From a bacterium (GTDB taxonomy: Bacteria > Patescibacteriota > Minisyncoccia > Phycocordibacterales > UBA5272), in contig JAYTSG010000004.1 of NCBI GenBank assembly GCA_043745785.1, positions 570 through 64,569 of the forward strand: DNA of 64,000 nt. Direction: 5' to 3'. The notes under the pieces are model-generated. The model saw only the letters and a program-made list of their open reading frames with translations, was not told where the DNA came from and ran no database searches. The translations under genes were made by a program, and so were the position numbers. Position 1 is the stretch's first letter. Each line of letters opens with the position of its first letter. Below, one piece after another: positions 1 through 10,100 of this stretch.

Positions 1-522
1 TAAGTTTTGCCATCATTCTTGTTTCTTGTAAATTCTCAAGACTTGCTTTTACCGTCACTTCATCTTTTCTAGAAGAAAGAATAATATCCTTAAGTGCTTC
101 CTTTTTCTTAAGGCGAGCAATTATTTCATTTTTATCTACAGCGAGGACGACAGCAAGACTATCTGCCATTGCTTCCTGTAAATAATTTTTTTCTGTTTCA
201 TTTAACTCAGTAAATTCTCCTCGCCTTATTTTTTTATCTTTTTCATTTCGTTTACTTACAACAGGAGAATCCCCTGCGTGCATAGTAAGAACACTCACCA
301 GAGCTGCTGTGCCTGCGAAAGCTAAGAATGTTTTTTTCATTATTTCATTGAAATGGCATTAGTACACATCTCTTATGCAGTTACTTTACTAGTACGCTTA
401 CTATATCGTACATTGTTATTACAAAGAAGTGACTCAAATATTTCAAATATGAAAGAATCACTAATTCGAGATTAAGAAAAATTCGAGAAATAGATAGTAA
501 CTTTAGAGTTTTTCTTAAATAA

Positions 523-1302
523 CTATTTTATTTTCTTTTGTTTTTTCTCTTCTTCTTTATACTCCTCTTGTTTATCTTCAAAAAAATCTTTGTCAGGCTT
601 GGTAATCTCACGCACGGCACGAGCTACAATAAATGAACCTTCCTTATCTCCAAAAATAAGAATCTCATCTCCCTGTACTATATTTGTATTATCTATAAAT
701 TTTGTTGTCTTGTCAGTACGAACCAAAGAGGTAACTCCATTTGACCCCAAGATGCTAAAAGTGACCCCTGTGCTTGTAGAAATAAGTGTTCCAACATGTA
801 TATGGTGTGACTCAGGACGAGCGTAGCGAGGAACAAAATCAAACCCTACAGCTTTCTCACTATGTTTCATCTGACGCAGTAGTAATGGATGCATTTGTGA
901 CTTAGCTACGACGAGTCCCGTAATACCTACAAAACCAATAACAAAAAGAAATAAATACATTAGTGGTAATCGGTAGACAGAGAAAGTATTTTTTGCGAGT
1001 AGCAACAGTGTAAACAATGAGACCAGTGACAGTAAAACTATTTTCCAGGGCAAATCATTTAAAATAGTCATGATACCAAAAAAACCAAAAGGAGACATGA
1101 GAAAGATACCACTCTTTGAAAGAGCGAATAGTATAAAAGAAATAATATAAAGTAATGCTAAAAAAAGAATAGCAATACCAGAGACAGCAACCGCTGCGCG
1201 CAAGAAGAAATAGAGTTTACTATGGGGGGTAATCTTATCGGTATCTATCTCTTGCATTATTCTCTCTTTCAAAGAGTTGTATTTTTTTTCTAGTTCTTTC
1301 AT
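523..1302 (-). CDS. Membrane protein, putative anti-sigma factor partner of the ECF sigma (N-terminal TM helices, C-terminal ~90-aa soluble domain)
   Basis: 259-aa ORF with an ATG start. It lies 9 bp downstream of the ECF sigma gene in the same orientation, the usual sigma/anti-sigma arrangement. Several hydrophobic helices are present in the N-terminal half. No recognisable catalytic motif. Confidence 0.4.
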   Translation of the reverse strand: MKELEKKYNSLKERIMQEIDTDKITPHSKLYFFLRAAVAVSGIAILFLALLYIISFILFALSKSGIFLMSPFGFFGIMTILNDLPWKIVLLSLVSLFTLLLLAKNTFSVYRLPLMYLFLFVIGFVGITGLVVAKSQMHPLLLRQMKHSEKAVGFDFVPRYARPESHHIHVGTLISTSTGVTFSILGSNGVTSLVRTDKTTKFIDNTNIVQGDEILIFGDKEGSFIVARAVREITKPDKDFFEDKQEEYKEEEKKQKKIK

Positions 1303-1311
1303 AGTTTTTGG

Positions 1312-1857
1312 TTATTTGAGTAGCTCTGCCAACTGTTTCTTTGCTCTCATGATTCTCACTCCGACGGTCGCTTTCGGTATTTCTAAAATATCACTTATTT
1401 CTTCATAACTTTTATCTTCATACAGAAAAAGTAGTAATGGCTCTTTATACTTATTATCTAAGGTCTCCATGGCTTTCTCTACTCTTACCTTTTCTTCTTT
1501 TTCTATTGCTTCATCATAAGGACTCTTACCGGCAACCAAATGAGGAAAGAAAGTATCAAATTCAAATAATGAAAAGAAACTGACTGCCTTTTTTTTCTTG
1601 AGTACATTCACATATTCATTGTGTGCTATACGGTATATCCACGATGAGAAAGATCTCTTGGTGTCAAAACTATTGATATGTGTATATGCTTTCATGAAGA
1701 CTTCTTGTACAACATCTTCTATATCATCATTGTCATACAAAAAACGCCTTCCGTACCTGGTCAGTTTCTTTTCATATCGCTCAATGAGCATACCGTAGCT
1801 ATCTTGATCTCCTCCTTGTACTAATGAGGCTATTTCTTCGTCTTTGAGGTCTATCAT
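1312..1857 (-). CDS. ECF-type RNA polymerase sigma factor (sigma-70 family, sigma-24 subfamily)
   Basis: 181 aa. The region-2 motif is ...DIEDVVQEVFMKAYTHINSFD...SWIYRIAHNEYVN... and the region-4 HTH is ...SYEEISDILEIPKATVGVRIMRAKKQL..., both typical of ECF sigma factors. Confidence 0.85.
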   Translation of the reverse strand: MIDLKDEEIASLVQGGDQDSYGMLIERYEKKLTRYGRRFLYDNDDIEDVVQEVFMKAYTHINSFDTKRSFSSWIYRIAHNEYVNVLKKKKAVSFFSLFEFDTFFPHLVAGKSPYDEAIEKEEKVRVEKAMETLDNKYKEPLLLFLYEDKSYEEISDILEIPKATVGVRIMRAKKQLAELLK

Positions 1858-1960
1858 GTTATCTTCTCCTTAGTATTACATAGTTTCATCTATTTTCTTT
1901 CAAAATAAATACCTTTTCTCGAATACTCTATAAACTTAACAGTCCTTAAAAAACAAAAAA

Positions 1961-1984
1961 GAGCCATAGTATGGCTCTTTTTTG
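1961..1984. terminator. Rho-independent terminator hairpin (GAGCCATAGTATGGCTC) with T-tracts on both strands
   Basis: Perfect 7-bp stem with a 3-nt loop. On the + strand it is followed by TTTTTTG. On the - strand it is preceded by A-runs, which read as T-runs on that strand. It sits 18 bp downstream of the minus-strand membrane protein gene that ends at 2002. Confidence 0.55.
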
Positions 1985-2001
1985 AAAATAACTGTGTTCT
2001 A

Positions 2002-2670
2002 TTAGTCTCTTTTTGAAAGTTTTTCGAGCAGTCTTGCAGCAGTGTCTCGTCCGCCGAGACCAAAAGATAGTCCAACAGCGAGAGCCAATGCAAAAACGAT
2101 ACCCGCAAACAGTGTCTGCACGAGCGGGCCTGCGATATTAAGCTGAATTAAAGCTGGAAGTACCCCCGCGATAATAACGATAGACCATCTTGCGATAACA
2201 GCAACAAAGCCAGCCTGATGTATACCAGTCGCCTTCACAGAATGTTCTACGAGTCGTCCAATAAAATCTCCAAAGAGTGACGCAATGACAAGGATAATTA
2301 CTGCAACAATAACCTTTGGAATATAAGTAAGAACATCTGAAAGGAGTGTCGTTACTTGATCGAGACCAAGAACGTTGGTAGCTGCAACAGTAAAGCCGAG
2401 TATGATAAACCATTTGATAAGTCCATCAAAGAAGCCGGCGATAGTAATATGAAATCCAGCTTTTTCACTGATAACATCGAGACCTGCCTGATGAAGAGCT
2501 CTGTCTATCTTAAGACTAAGAATGATTTGTCTAACCACCTTGCCGGCAATAGAGCCAAGGACAAAGCCTAGACCAAAGAGCACCAGCGCGATGATTGCTG
2601 CAGGCAAAAACATCATGACTGTCATCCATGTCGCTTTAAGGGACATAGTGAGTATTTCGAGTGGGTTCAT
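2002..2670 (-). CDS. Integral membrane protein with repeated conserved TM-helix segments (mechanosensitive-channel-associated TM_helix-like)
   Basis: The track ORF 2002..2754 begins with TTG. The first in-frame ATGs are at 2682 and 2670 (MNPLEIL...). The protein is almost entirely hydrophobic helices with short GxxxG-rich loops. The true start is uncertain. Confidence 0.5.
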   Translation of the reverse strand: MNPLEILTMSLKATWMTVMMFLPAAIIALVLFGLGFVLGSIAGKVVRQIILSLKIDRALHQAGLDVISEKAGFHITIAGFFDGLIKWFIILGFTVAATNVLGLDQVTTLLSDVLTYIPKVIVAVIILVIASLFGDFIGRLVEHSVKATGIHQAGFVAVIARWSIVIIAGVLPALIQLNIAGPLVQTLFAGIVFALALAVGLSFGLGGRDTAARLLEKLSKRD

Positions 2671-2907
2671 GTAAGTATGCATAAATAATTTGTGTGTATA
2701 TACACCCTTATACCGACATATAAAGGTAAGTACAGTATACAGAAGTATCTGCAATTATGGAGGGGATATCCTCAGAAAATACTCAGCAAAACTGATATCT
2801 GTATCATTTTCGACGAGGACTTAGTCTGCTTACCAGCAAAATAAAAAGTACTGTAGTTAGACAAATAGAAATGAAGTAAATAAACTCGAAAACTTTACAA
2901 GAGAGCT

Positions 2908-3525
2908 CTAGAGATTTCCTTTCAGTTTATCGATAATAATTTCATGATCGAGCACAAACACGTCCCCAACGAACTTATCGTACATTTTTCTTCTATATTC
3001 AAATTCTTCTGTATCCATGAGAGAGCTAGTGAGAGTTCTACCGAGTTCTGCTGAAAGTCCATCGAGCACTTTATCCGCCATCGTTTTTTTGAGTGATTCA
3101 CCGACAATAAAGACGTCAACACGCAGCTTATCAGATTCTACAAAAACTCCTGCTAAAACAAAGAGTTTAATACGTCCAACCTGTTTAAAACGATTGGCAA
3201 TCTCTTTTTTATCAATATTTTTGAAATCAAAAAGCAATTCTTTGAGAGCTTCATTATGAGGGAAGGCAGAGTTCAGTTTAAATAGTACTGCTTCTTTTAT
3301 TTTTGTCTCCCCTTTTTTACCAACAATAACAGGAGCCTTACCCTTTCTTTTTTCCAAAAAGCCCAGTGAAGCAAGTGACATCAGTTCTTTACGAACATTT
3401 GGAAGTCTACCCTTCACTTTCTGAGAAAGAGAGCTGGCGTCTATTTGTGTTTCAGTTTGATGCAAGAAAAAACGCATGATTTTTACCCTTTCGTATCCGC
3501 CAAGTAGTTTTGCAAGAAGTTCCAT
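2908..3525 (-). CDS. Hypothetical protein with probable N-terminal winged-helix DNA-binding fold
   Basis: 205-aa ORF with an ATG start. The N-terminus (VKIMRFFLHQ...LMSLASLGFLEKRKG) resembles a wHTH. No confident family assignment. Confidence 0.35.
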   Translation of the reverse strand: MELLAKLLGGYERVKIMRFFLHQTETQIDASSLSQKVKGRLPNVRKELMSLASLGFLEKRKGKAPVIVGKKGETKIKEAVLFKLNSAFPHNEALKELLFDFKNIDKKEIANRFKQVGRIKLFVLAGVFVESDKLRVDVFIVGESLKKTMADKVLDGLSAELGRTLTSSLMDTEEFEYRRKMYDKFVGDVFVLDHEIIIDKLKGNL

Positions 3526-3600
3526 AGGTGCTCATTGTAGCAAGAAAAAAAGCCTTGCGGAACTTGTTTTTTTTGAAAAAAATGGCGGTTGAGGAGTGAG

Positions 3601-3634
3601 TTCTAGGTTCTAGGTTCTAGGTTCTAGGTTCTAG
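3601..3634. repeat. Tandem heptamer microsatellite (TTCTAGG)x~5
   Basis: The sequence ttctaggttctaggttctaggttctaggttctag is read directly. It lies ~75 bp upstream of the ATG of the 2908..3525 gene, in its putative promoter region. Confidence 0.9.
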
Positions 3635-3860
3635 AAAGATTATGTCACTTTCAAAAATTTCAAACTTCCAAGTATTTTCATTCTTGAACTAGTAAGTTCA
3701 CATCTTGGATGCTGCGAAGGCAAGAATCCAGTATATGAAATCCATCATCATACGTTAATGTATACCTCAACCACTTTTATAAGATCTCAAGTATTTTGGT
3801 TCACCCCTCGATACTCATGCGAAATCCAGGTTGCAAGTTGCATAATTTTTACAAACAAAA

Positions 3861-3885
3861 AAGCTCCCTAGAGAAGCGGAGCTTC
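3861..3885. terminator. Hairpin terminator (AAGCTCC...GGAGCTT) flanked by A/T runs
   Basis: The + strand reads aaaaaagctccctagagaagcggagcttctttt, giving a 7-bp stem. The minus-strand reading ends in TTTTTTG. It marks the left boundary of the GC-rich island. Confidence 0.5.
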
Positions 3886-4184
3886 TTTTGGGAGCCTTGG
3901 GGCTCGTCCTATCTAAGTAGGAAGCTGATTGATGAGCCAGATAAGTACTGGGAACAGGAAGATGGTTCCACAGATGGAGAACCGAAAGGCTATAGCTTTG
4001 CGCCTCGCCACTTCGGCGTCGCTCATGTTGGACGGGTTCATGTACGTGCCTTCTTAACCGAAGTCAAGATGAGCAAGGGCTTTGCGCTCTCGTACTGTGG
4101 TACCGGAGAATTCACACATTTCCGGCGGAAGTCCAACGCCATGGGGCTCATCAAACCTTCTGATGAGCCGACAACACCGGTGAT

Positions 4185-4403
4185 CTACCAGCGAAAGTCT
4201 GGCGCGCTCATCAGCTGCGGACAGGTCACCTGCACCCACAATATGGACATGTCGGACATGATGCGGGACTTTTCAAGCAGTTCAGACGGTTTGAAAGACT
4301 TGTGCACCGCGCTCGGTTGCGCGTAGGTCGCCGCTGAGAAGCAGCAACCGAGGACAACGGCGGCAAGGAGAACAAGGACGGACTGGCGAGAAATGTGGAA
4401 CAT
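4185..4403 (-). CDS. Small (72-aa) putative secreted or lipoprotein-like peptide encoded inside the GC-rich island
   Basis: An ATG at 4403 gives MFHISRQSVLVLLAAVVLGCCFSAATYAQP..., a classic signal peptide with an LGC lipobox-like motif. Codon usage is GC3-rich, unlike the rest of the window. No homolog recognised. Confidence 0.3.
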   Translation of the reverse strand: MFHISRQSVLVLLAAVVLGCCFSAATYAQPSAVHKSFKPSELLEKSRIMSDMSILWVQVTCPQLMSAPDFRW

Positions 4404-4771
4404 GATGGATCTTTCTGTGGTCGTTAGGGGGGGTTGAAAAGGGCGGGAAACTTTAGTCTTTACTATATCATAATTAAGTATAAAAGTCAATAGTAAAGTG
4501 CTAGTTTTAGGCTCTCTTTCCTTTAAAAAGCTTTACAAATCAACAATATAGTCAATAATTTTGTGAAATAGTTTTGTTACAAATATACCCTCTTTTATCT
4601 TTTCTTTTACCTCTAAAATAACTCTTATTCAACGAGTAAATCTATTCAGTGGGATGACTAACCTTCACTTCATATGGCTTTAGACTTTTTTCAAAACTCT
4701 GACAGCCCAAGCTATCTCCTTTAGCTCTTTAAGGATAAACTTCACTCATTAACAATAATTTTTCAAAAAAT

Positions 4772-5575
4772 ATGGAAAAAGAATCAAGCATGCTCTTCAA
4801 ATTAAAAGAAACTATCTTCTCACCACTCGTGCTATTTGGATTTCTCATTCTCGCTGGATTCATTTTTTCGGGACTCATGTTTAAGTCTGGTCTCTCTGAT
4901 ATATCGGTACTCACCAATGCAAACGGTATCACCGTCTCTGGTACGGCAGAAAGATTTGTAAAAAGTGATAGAGGGTCACTAAGTCTGTCACTAAAAACAA
5001 GCTCACTCTCTCTTTCGGATGCTGAAGCGCAAAAACAGCTATCAGTTGCTCGCGAAGCTCTTGTAAAATACCTCGTCACTAAAGGTATCGATGAAAAAGA
5101 GATTGATGTTTTACCCTACACTTCCTCCCTTGAATGTTCAATGCGGCAGTCAAATAACTGGGAAAATTGTCTAGGCAAAAAATATGCTGAATACAGCCAA
5201 ATACTTAATCTTGCCTCAAATGACGTTTTAAAAATAAAAGATTTTTCGCTTAACATAAACTCAAACGTAAATGATACGTTGAAAAAAGAATTTGCTACTA
5301 CCGAACTTACTATACAAAATACGCAGTACTTCTATACAAATATCTCAAAGATAAAATCCGAGATGCTTAATGAAGCTACAAAGAATGCCTTTGAGAGGGC
5401 AGAAGCGATTGCAAAGAGTACAGGAAATAATGCAGGTGCTGTAATCACTGCCTCAAATAAGGAGTTTTCCAGATTACCACCAAGGATAGCACTGATAGTC
5501 AAGATTATGGATCGTATGACACTTCAGCCATTGAGAAGAAAATCACTGCAGTTGTTCGTGTTAGCTTTAAGGTGA
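4772..5575 (+). CDS. SIMPL-domain (DUF541 / BP26 / YggE-like) periplasmic protein with N-terminal membrane anchor; apparent frameshift near 5455-5465
   Basis: The N-terminal TM is followed by ITVSGTAERFVKSDRGSLSLSL...AEAQKQLSVAREALVKYLVTKGIDEKEIDV, typical of the SIMPL family. The canonical C-terminal strand (...SAIEKKITAVVRVSFKVK*) is in the +2 frame, ending at 5580. This indicates an indel around 5458-5462. Confidence 0.7.
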   Translation: MEKESSMLFKLKETIFSPLVLFGFLILAGFIFSGLMFKSGLSDISVLTNANGITVSGTAERFVKSDRGSLSLSLKTSSLSLSDAEAQKQLSVAREALVKYLVTKGIDEKEIDVLPYTSSLECSMRQSNNWENCLGKKYAEYSQILNLASNDVLKIKDFSLNINSNVNDTLKKEFATTELTIQNTQYFYTNISKIKSEMLNEATKNAFERAEAIAKSTGNNAGAVITASNKEFSRLPPRIALIVKIMDRMTLQPLRRKSLQLFVLALR

Positions 5576-5682
5576 AGTAAGGTATCTTGGAAAATATCGT
5601 GTTTGTATAAAGTGTTCTACGAAAAAAAAAAAGAAAAGAGAGGGGTATTTAAACATATAAAGACATCTCTCTTAACCTTAGA

Positions 5683-5718
5683 AATACAAAAGCGCGCCGT
5701 AGGCGCGCTTTTGTATTT
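5683..5718. terminator. Bidirectional rho-independent terminator (AAATACAAAAGCGCGCC gta GGCGCGCTTTTGTATTT)
   Basis: Long perfect GC-rich palindrome with A/T flanks. It lies 26 bp downstream of the rplL stop on the minus strand and downstream of the SIMPL gene on the plus strand. Confidence 0.8.
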
Positions 5719-5743
5719 CTTTGAGAAAGAGGAAACCAAGAGC

Positions 5744-6103
5744 TTACTTTAGTTCAACCTTTGCTCCTGCTTCTTCAAGCTTCTTCTTGAAATCTTCAGC
5801 TTCTGCTTTCTTCACGTCTTTCTTGAGATCTACTGGAGCTCCGTCAACAAGATCCTTAGCCTCCTTAAGTCCAAGCGCGAGGACTTCCTTGACTACCTTC
5901 ATCACCGCAATCTTCTGCTCTCCTGGAGCAACAAGATGTACTGTGTAAGAGTCCTTTCCTTCTTCTGCAACAGCTGCTACAGGTGCTGATGCAACTGCTT
6001 GCGCTGAAACACCGAACTTTTCCTCAATCGCTTTAACGAGATCGTTAAGCTCAAGCACTGACATGTTCTCAATTTTTGTGAGAATATCGTTAAACTTTTC
6101 CAT
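5744..6103 (-). CDS. rplL: 50S ribosomal protein L7/L12
   Basis: 119 aa. [32 protein letters not shown]... is followed by an Ala/Glu-rich hinge and [24 protein letters not shown]...[13 protein letters not shown]. Confidence 0.95.
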   Translation of the reverse strand: MEKFNDILTKIENMSVLELNDLVKAIEEKFGVSAQAVASAPVAAVAEEGKDSYTVHLVAPGEQKIAVMKVVKEVLALGLKEAKDLVDGAPVDLKKDVKKAEAEDFKKKLEEAGAKVELK

Positions 6104-6151
6104 ACTGTATAAATTAAATTGTTTGTTGTAATGAAGAGAAACTAATTGATG

Positions 6152-6643
6152 CTACGCTACCTTTGTCTTTGCTACTTCAGAGACCGCGATTGCAATACGC
6201 TGCATAGGAGACTTAAGGAGGTACGCAAGCTGAGAGAGAAGCACCTCACGAGAGGGAATGGTCGCAATAGCGGTCATTTCTCCTTGTGACTTGAACTCTC
6301 CATCGAAGATACCACCCATCAGCATGAGAAGTCCCTTGTGAGTTTTTGCAAACTCATAAGAGATTCTCGCTGGTGAGAGAAGGTCTTCACCACAAACAAC
6401 AGCCATCTCACTTGCAACAAGCGGGAAATCTCCTTTGATGCCAACCTCTTTGACTGCACGGTCCCAGAGGGTTTTTTTGACAACAAAGTAAGTACTGTTT
6501 TCGGCGCGGAGAGAGCGACGTAGTTCTTCGGTTGCCTTAACTGGCAAGCCTTTGAAACTAACGTATGCCACTGACTTTGCTCCTTTGAGGGCTTTTGTAT
6601 AACTTTCAATCAGTTCAATCTTCTTTGCTTTTGGTAGTGCCAT
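6152..6643 (-). CDS. rplJ: 50S ribosomal protein L10
   Basis: 163 aa. It lies immediately upstream of rplL. ...VAYVSFKGLPVKATEELRRSLRAENSTYFVVKKTLWDRA... is a typical L10 sequence. Confidence 0.9.
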   Translation of the reverse strand: MALPKAKKIELIESYTKALKGAKSVAYVSFKGLPVKATEELRRSLRAENSTYFVVKKTLWDRAVKEVGIKGDFPLVASEMAVVCGEDLLSPARISYEFAKTHKGLLMLMGGIFDGEFKSQGEMTAIATIPSREVLLSQLAYLLKSPMQRIAIAVSEVAKTKVA

Positions 6644-6844
6644 AGCAAGAGAAAATTAATTTGTAAGTCAAAAGTTCTTGTGAAAAAACTTTTGATAAAC
6701 CGTAAAAACGAGATGATACAAGGGTTTTCCTTGTATTCCTCCGCAGGAATTATGTGCCAGAAAGAATCTTTCGAAACGTTTTGGGACACCTACTTCTTAG
6801 GTTTACAAGAGGTAGTGTACCATAAAACGAAGGAAGATTCAATA

Positions 6845-6930
6845 GACTTCTTTCAAAACTCTCCCATGTCATTCCTGAATTAGCAGATTCACGATTGGCG
6901 CTGAGCAGTTTTGTCATCAAAAGTGAGTCC
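6845..6930. repeat. MITE-like dispersed repeat copy (left end GACTTCTTTCAAAACTCTCCCATGTCATTCCTGAATTAGCA; right end degenerate)
   Basis: It shares GAC(C/T)TCTTTCAAAAG and the CTCCCA..ATTCCTGAAT core with copies at 11153, 28733 and 30006. It lies in the rplJ upstream leader region. Confidence 0.55.
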
Positions 6931-6970
6931 AGAATCTAGGTTTGTATTGTAGAAATGCAATACTAACCTA

Positions 6971-7010
6971 GATCCCCGGTTCATTTGGGTACAAATGCCC
7001 GAGGATGACA
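6971..7010. repeat. 40-bp exact dispersed repeat, copy A (GATCCCCGGTTCATTTGGGTACAAATGCCCGAGGATGACA)
   Basis: Identical 40-mer at 11094..11133. Both copies are preceded by CAATACTAAC. Confidence 0.9.
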
Positions 7011-7055
7011 AATGAAGGGAAATCGTACAGATATACTTCGAAGTCCAAAAACGAC

Positions 7056-7081
7056 AAAAGCGCATCTTACGATGCGCTTTT
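7056..7081. terminator. Bidirectional hairpin terminator (AAAAGCGCATC ttac GATGCGCTTTT)
   Basis: 11-bp perfect stem with A/T runs on both sides. It lies ~85 bp downstream of the stop of the 7167..10283 minus-strand gene. Confidence 0.75.
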
Positions 7082-7166
7082 GTCTAGCTATGCTCTACCC
7101 CCTTAAACTATTTGTTCAGAATATTACTTTCAAAGATATATTCTTTGAAAGTAATTCGTGACGCAA

Positions 7167-10100
7167 TTAGTTCTTGATTGAGTAGCTTGCTGTAGGGAAG
7201 TTGTAAATCTTAACTCCGTCGTATGTTGTGTTACCACCAACAACGTCAGTCCACTGGAAATCATTAGCAGTATTGGTAACCTGTGTTGAAACAGATACCG
7301 TAGCTCCTGATACAACTGTTCCTGTAGGAACAGCGTAAAGACTGAAAGTCTTAGAAGATCCAGCTGAAAGTGAATATGCTGTTGAGAATGAACACGTAGT
7401 AACGGTTGAAGCGATTGTACACGTTACATTAGGAATCGTTGCTGAACCATCTGCGAGTCTTGCTGAAGCGAGAGTAAGAGCTCCTGAGAGTCCTGACGCA
7501 CCGCTTGAGAACTTGAGCTGGTTAACATTGATTGAACCATTAGCGTCTGGAACGACAGTAACTTCGCCAATCTTATTCTCAGCACCAAGGATGAGACCTG
7601 ATTTTTGAACTGTGTCAACAGTAACTGATGGCTTTGATGCAACGAGTGTCATTGCATTTGCTGAAATGGCAGTAGTTGTTGAAACTGTAGTACCATTTCC
7701 TGATGTAGCCTCAATGTAAGTAAGTGTCGTTGTTGAGATGACACCTGCTGTCAGTGATCCACCAGTTGAAGAATTCTTAAAGCCTGAGTACTTAACGGTC
7801 ACTGGTACATCGGTACCGTTGAGACCAATTGCAATACTAAGACCTGTTACCTTTGCAATACCACCTACGACTGAAGCCTGTACGCCATTAACAGTAACTG
7901 ACTCTACTGAATCATTTCCTGTAATAGAGAAACGAAGCTCACGCACGGTTGCGGCACTGTCTTGTGCAGTCTTGATCTTGTAGGTTGCTACATTACTACT
8001 GACGCCACCGACCACAAATTGTGAAACTGGTGATGATGAGACAATAGCAGGGAGACCAAGAGTTGCCGCTGTTGTTGTAATAGCGACACCAAGTCCTGTT
8101 CCAGAGACGGTAGTATTAGTACCTGAAACTGGTCCACGAGTTGAAAGATCAAGAGTTGCTGTAACTGTACCTGAAGTAACACTTCCTATATCTGCATACA
8201 CATCGAATGTCTTTGTTCCGTTCATAGGGACAACAACATCAGAGAATGAAATAACAGTTGAAGAAGCGCTCACATTTCCTACTGGAGTACCAAGAGTCAT
8301 TGAACCAGTCTTAAGTGAAAGGTTAGTGATATTGGTAAGAGGATAACCAGTAGTACTAAGCGTGACTGTCGCGCTGTTTACTACTGCATCTTCCGCTGAA
8401 TCAGCCTGAAGGGTAAATGAACCAATACGTACGTTTGCAGTATTTGGAGCAACGGTAGCTGCAGCAAAACCTGATGTGCGTCCGTAGCTTCCTACACCAG
8501 ATGAAACAGTAAGGTTGTTACCATTAACACCTGAGCTAGCAACACTCACGATCTCGCTTGAGCTTTGACCTTGAGCATTGTTACCTGCACTACTAAGCTG
8601 AGCTAGTACAGAACCTGCTGTATAGCTTACTGATGTAGTTGACTTGATGTCAGCCTTTACCGATACAGTGACTGTCTGTCCTGCAGGGATAATGAGTGAT
8701 GAACCAAGATTATAGGTAAGAGCACCAGATGACCAGTTCTGTGAAGAACTGATTTGTCCACCATTGAGGTAAAGTCCTACGTTTGTAAGACCCGCCGCTG
8801 CTGGAGTCATTGAACCTAGTACTGGAGTGACATTAAGGGTATTAACCTTAACATCTTCTCCGTATGCCTTCATGGTAAATGAACCAATAGTCATGTTCGT
8901 AGCACCGCCAGTTACTTTACTAGCAACGAAAGCTGGGTCGACGTTCACAACCACGGTTCCTTTGTTGACGGTAATCTGTGGATATGCTGAGTTACTACTG
9001 TTAAGAGGTAGCGTTGCGACTGTTGCAGCAACGTTCACTCCAGTAAGATCACGATCTTCGAACATAAGGTCTGCCACGTTCTCAACTGAGAAAGTCATAG
9101 TACGGTTTGAACCTTTTACTATGTCTCCTCTCACATTGATAGTGTGTGAACCAGTGCGAAGGAAGTAAGGCATAGTCCCAAGATCAAAGACAACTTTATT
9201 GTTGTTCATTGCATTGATCATAGCTGGACCTGCAACCTTAGTGCCATCTACATAGAGTGAAAGATTTGCAACAGAGTCAACTGGTGCAGAACCGACAAAC
9301 TTAAAGGTAGCTGCCTTAAAGTAGACATCGCGAACACCTACACTTGCTGTTGCATCCCAAACGTTGTAGTTGGTTGTTCCAGCATCCACGGTGCGAGCAC
9401 CAGTGACAAGAGGGTTGAAGTTGACGCTTGCGGTAGTAATACCAGAAGCGACAGTAAGGGTGTTACCCATTACATTTGTGAAAGTAGAAGCTGCTGAACC
9501 CATAGCAGTGACGCTGTTGAGTTTAACACCAACTGCATTACCTCCAGATGTTGATGAAAGGTCAGCTCTAACAGTAATAGTACGAGTACCACTAACTGAG
9601 AAGAGTCCTGTTCCTGCATTAAAACGGATGTAACCACCTGTTACAACAGAAGCTGCGTCTGTAAGACGAGTGTTTCCATCGTAAAGGTATACGTTGTTAA
9701 GTGTAGAATCTGTAGAAACACCGATTCTTTGTAGTTCGATGTTTGTTACGGTTCCATTACCTTTGAAAGTAAAATCAGCGAGACGAGCTCCTGACTGTCC
9801 TTGTACAAGCTGTCCTGTAGGCTGTGATCCTGAAAGCATTACAGATACTGGACCTGTGTTACCGGTAGGTGGTACTGGATTTCCCGGTGTTGGCACAGGG
9901 TTACCAGTAACTGAACATAGCTGATTGAGGAGACCACGAGTTCCTGCGAACACGTTTCCTGTAGGAGAGTTGATTCCGAGTTCAGCAAGCTGAAGCATCT
10001 GGAATTTATTAACAGCGGCACGAGTAGCTGGACCAAACTTACTGGTTTCCATTCCTGGAGATCCAGCACCTGATTCAGCGACACGTGTCTGAGGGTACAT

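Noticed and set aside
3601-3634. CRISPR array
   Set aside because: The only short direct repeats are contiguous heptamers without spacers. No repeat-spacer architecture or cas genes are present anywhere in the window.
3796-4326. 176-aa plus-strand ORF in the GC-rich island
   Set aside because: It starts inside or before the terminator hairpin at 3861-3885. It overlaps the minus-strand ORF. Its sequence is compositionally biased and not protein-like. Long spurious ORFs are expected in GC-rich DNA.
7424-10084. Numerous 60-110-aa ORFs on both strands inside 7167-10283 (for example 7738-7983, 8827-9168, 9370-9633)
   Set aside because: They are antisense or off-frame artefacts within the Gly/Ala/Thr/Val-rich surface-protein gene, and none has an independent start context. 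The same applies to the short antisense ORFs inside gyrA, ligA, pilB and the 60692 gene.
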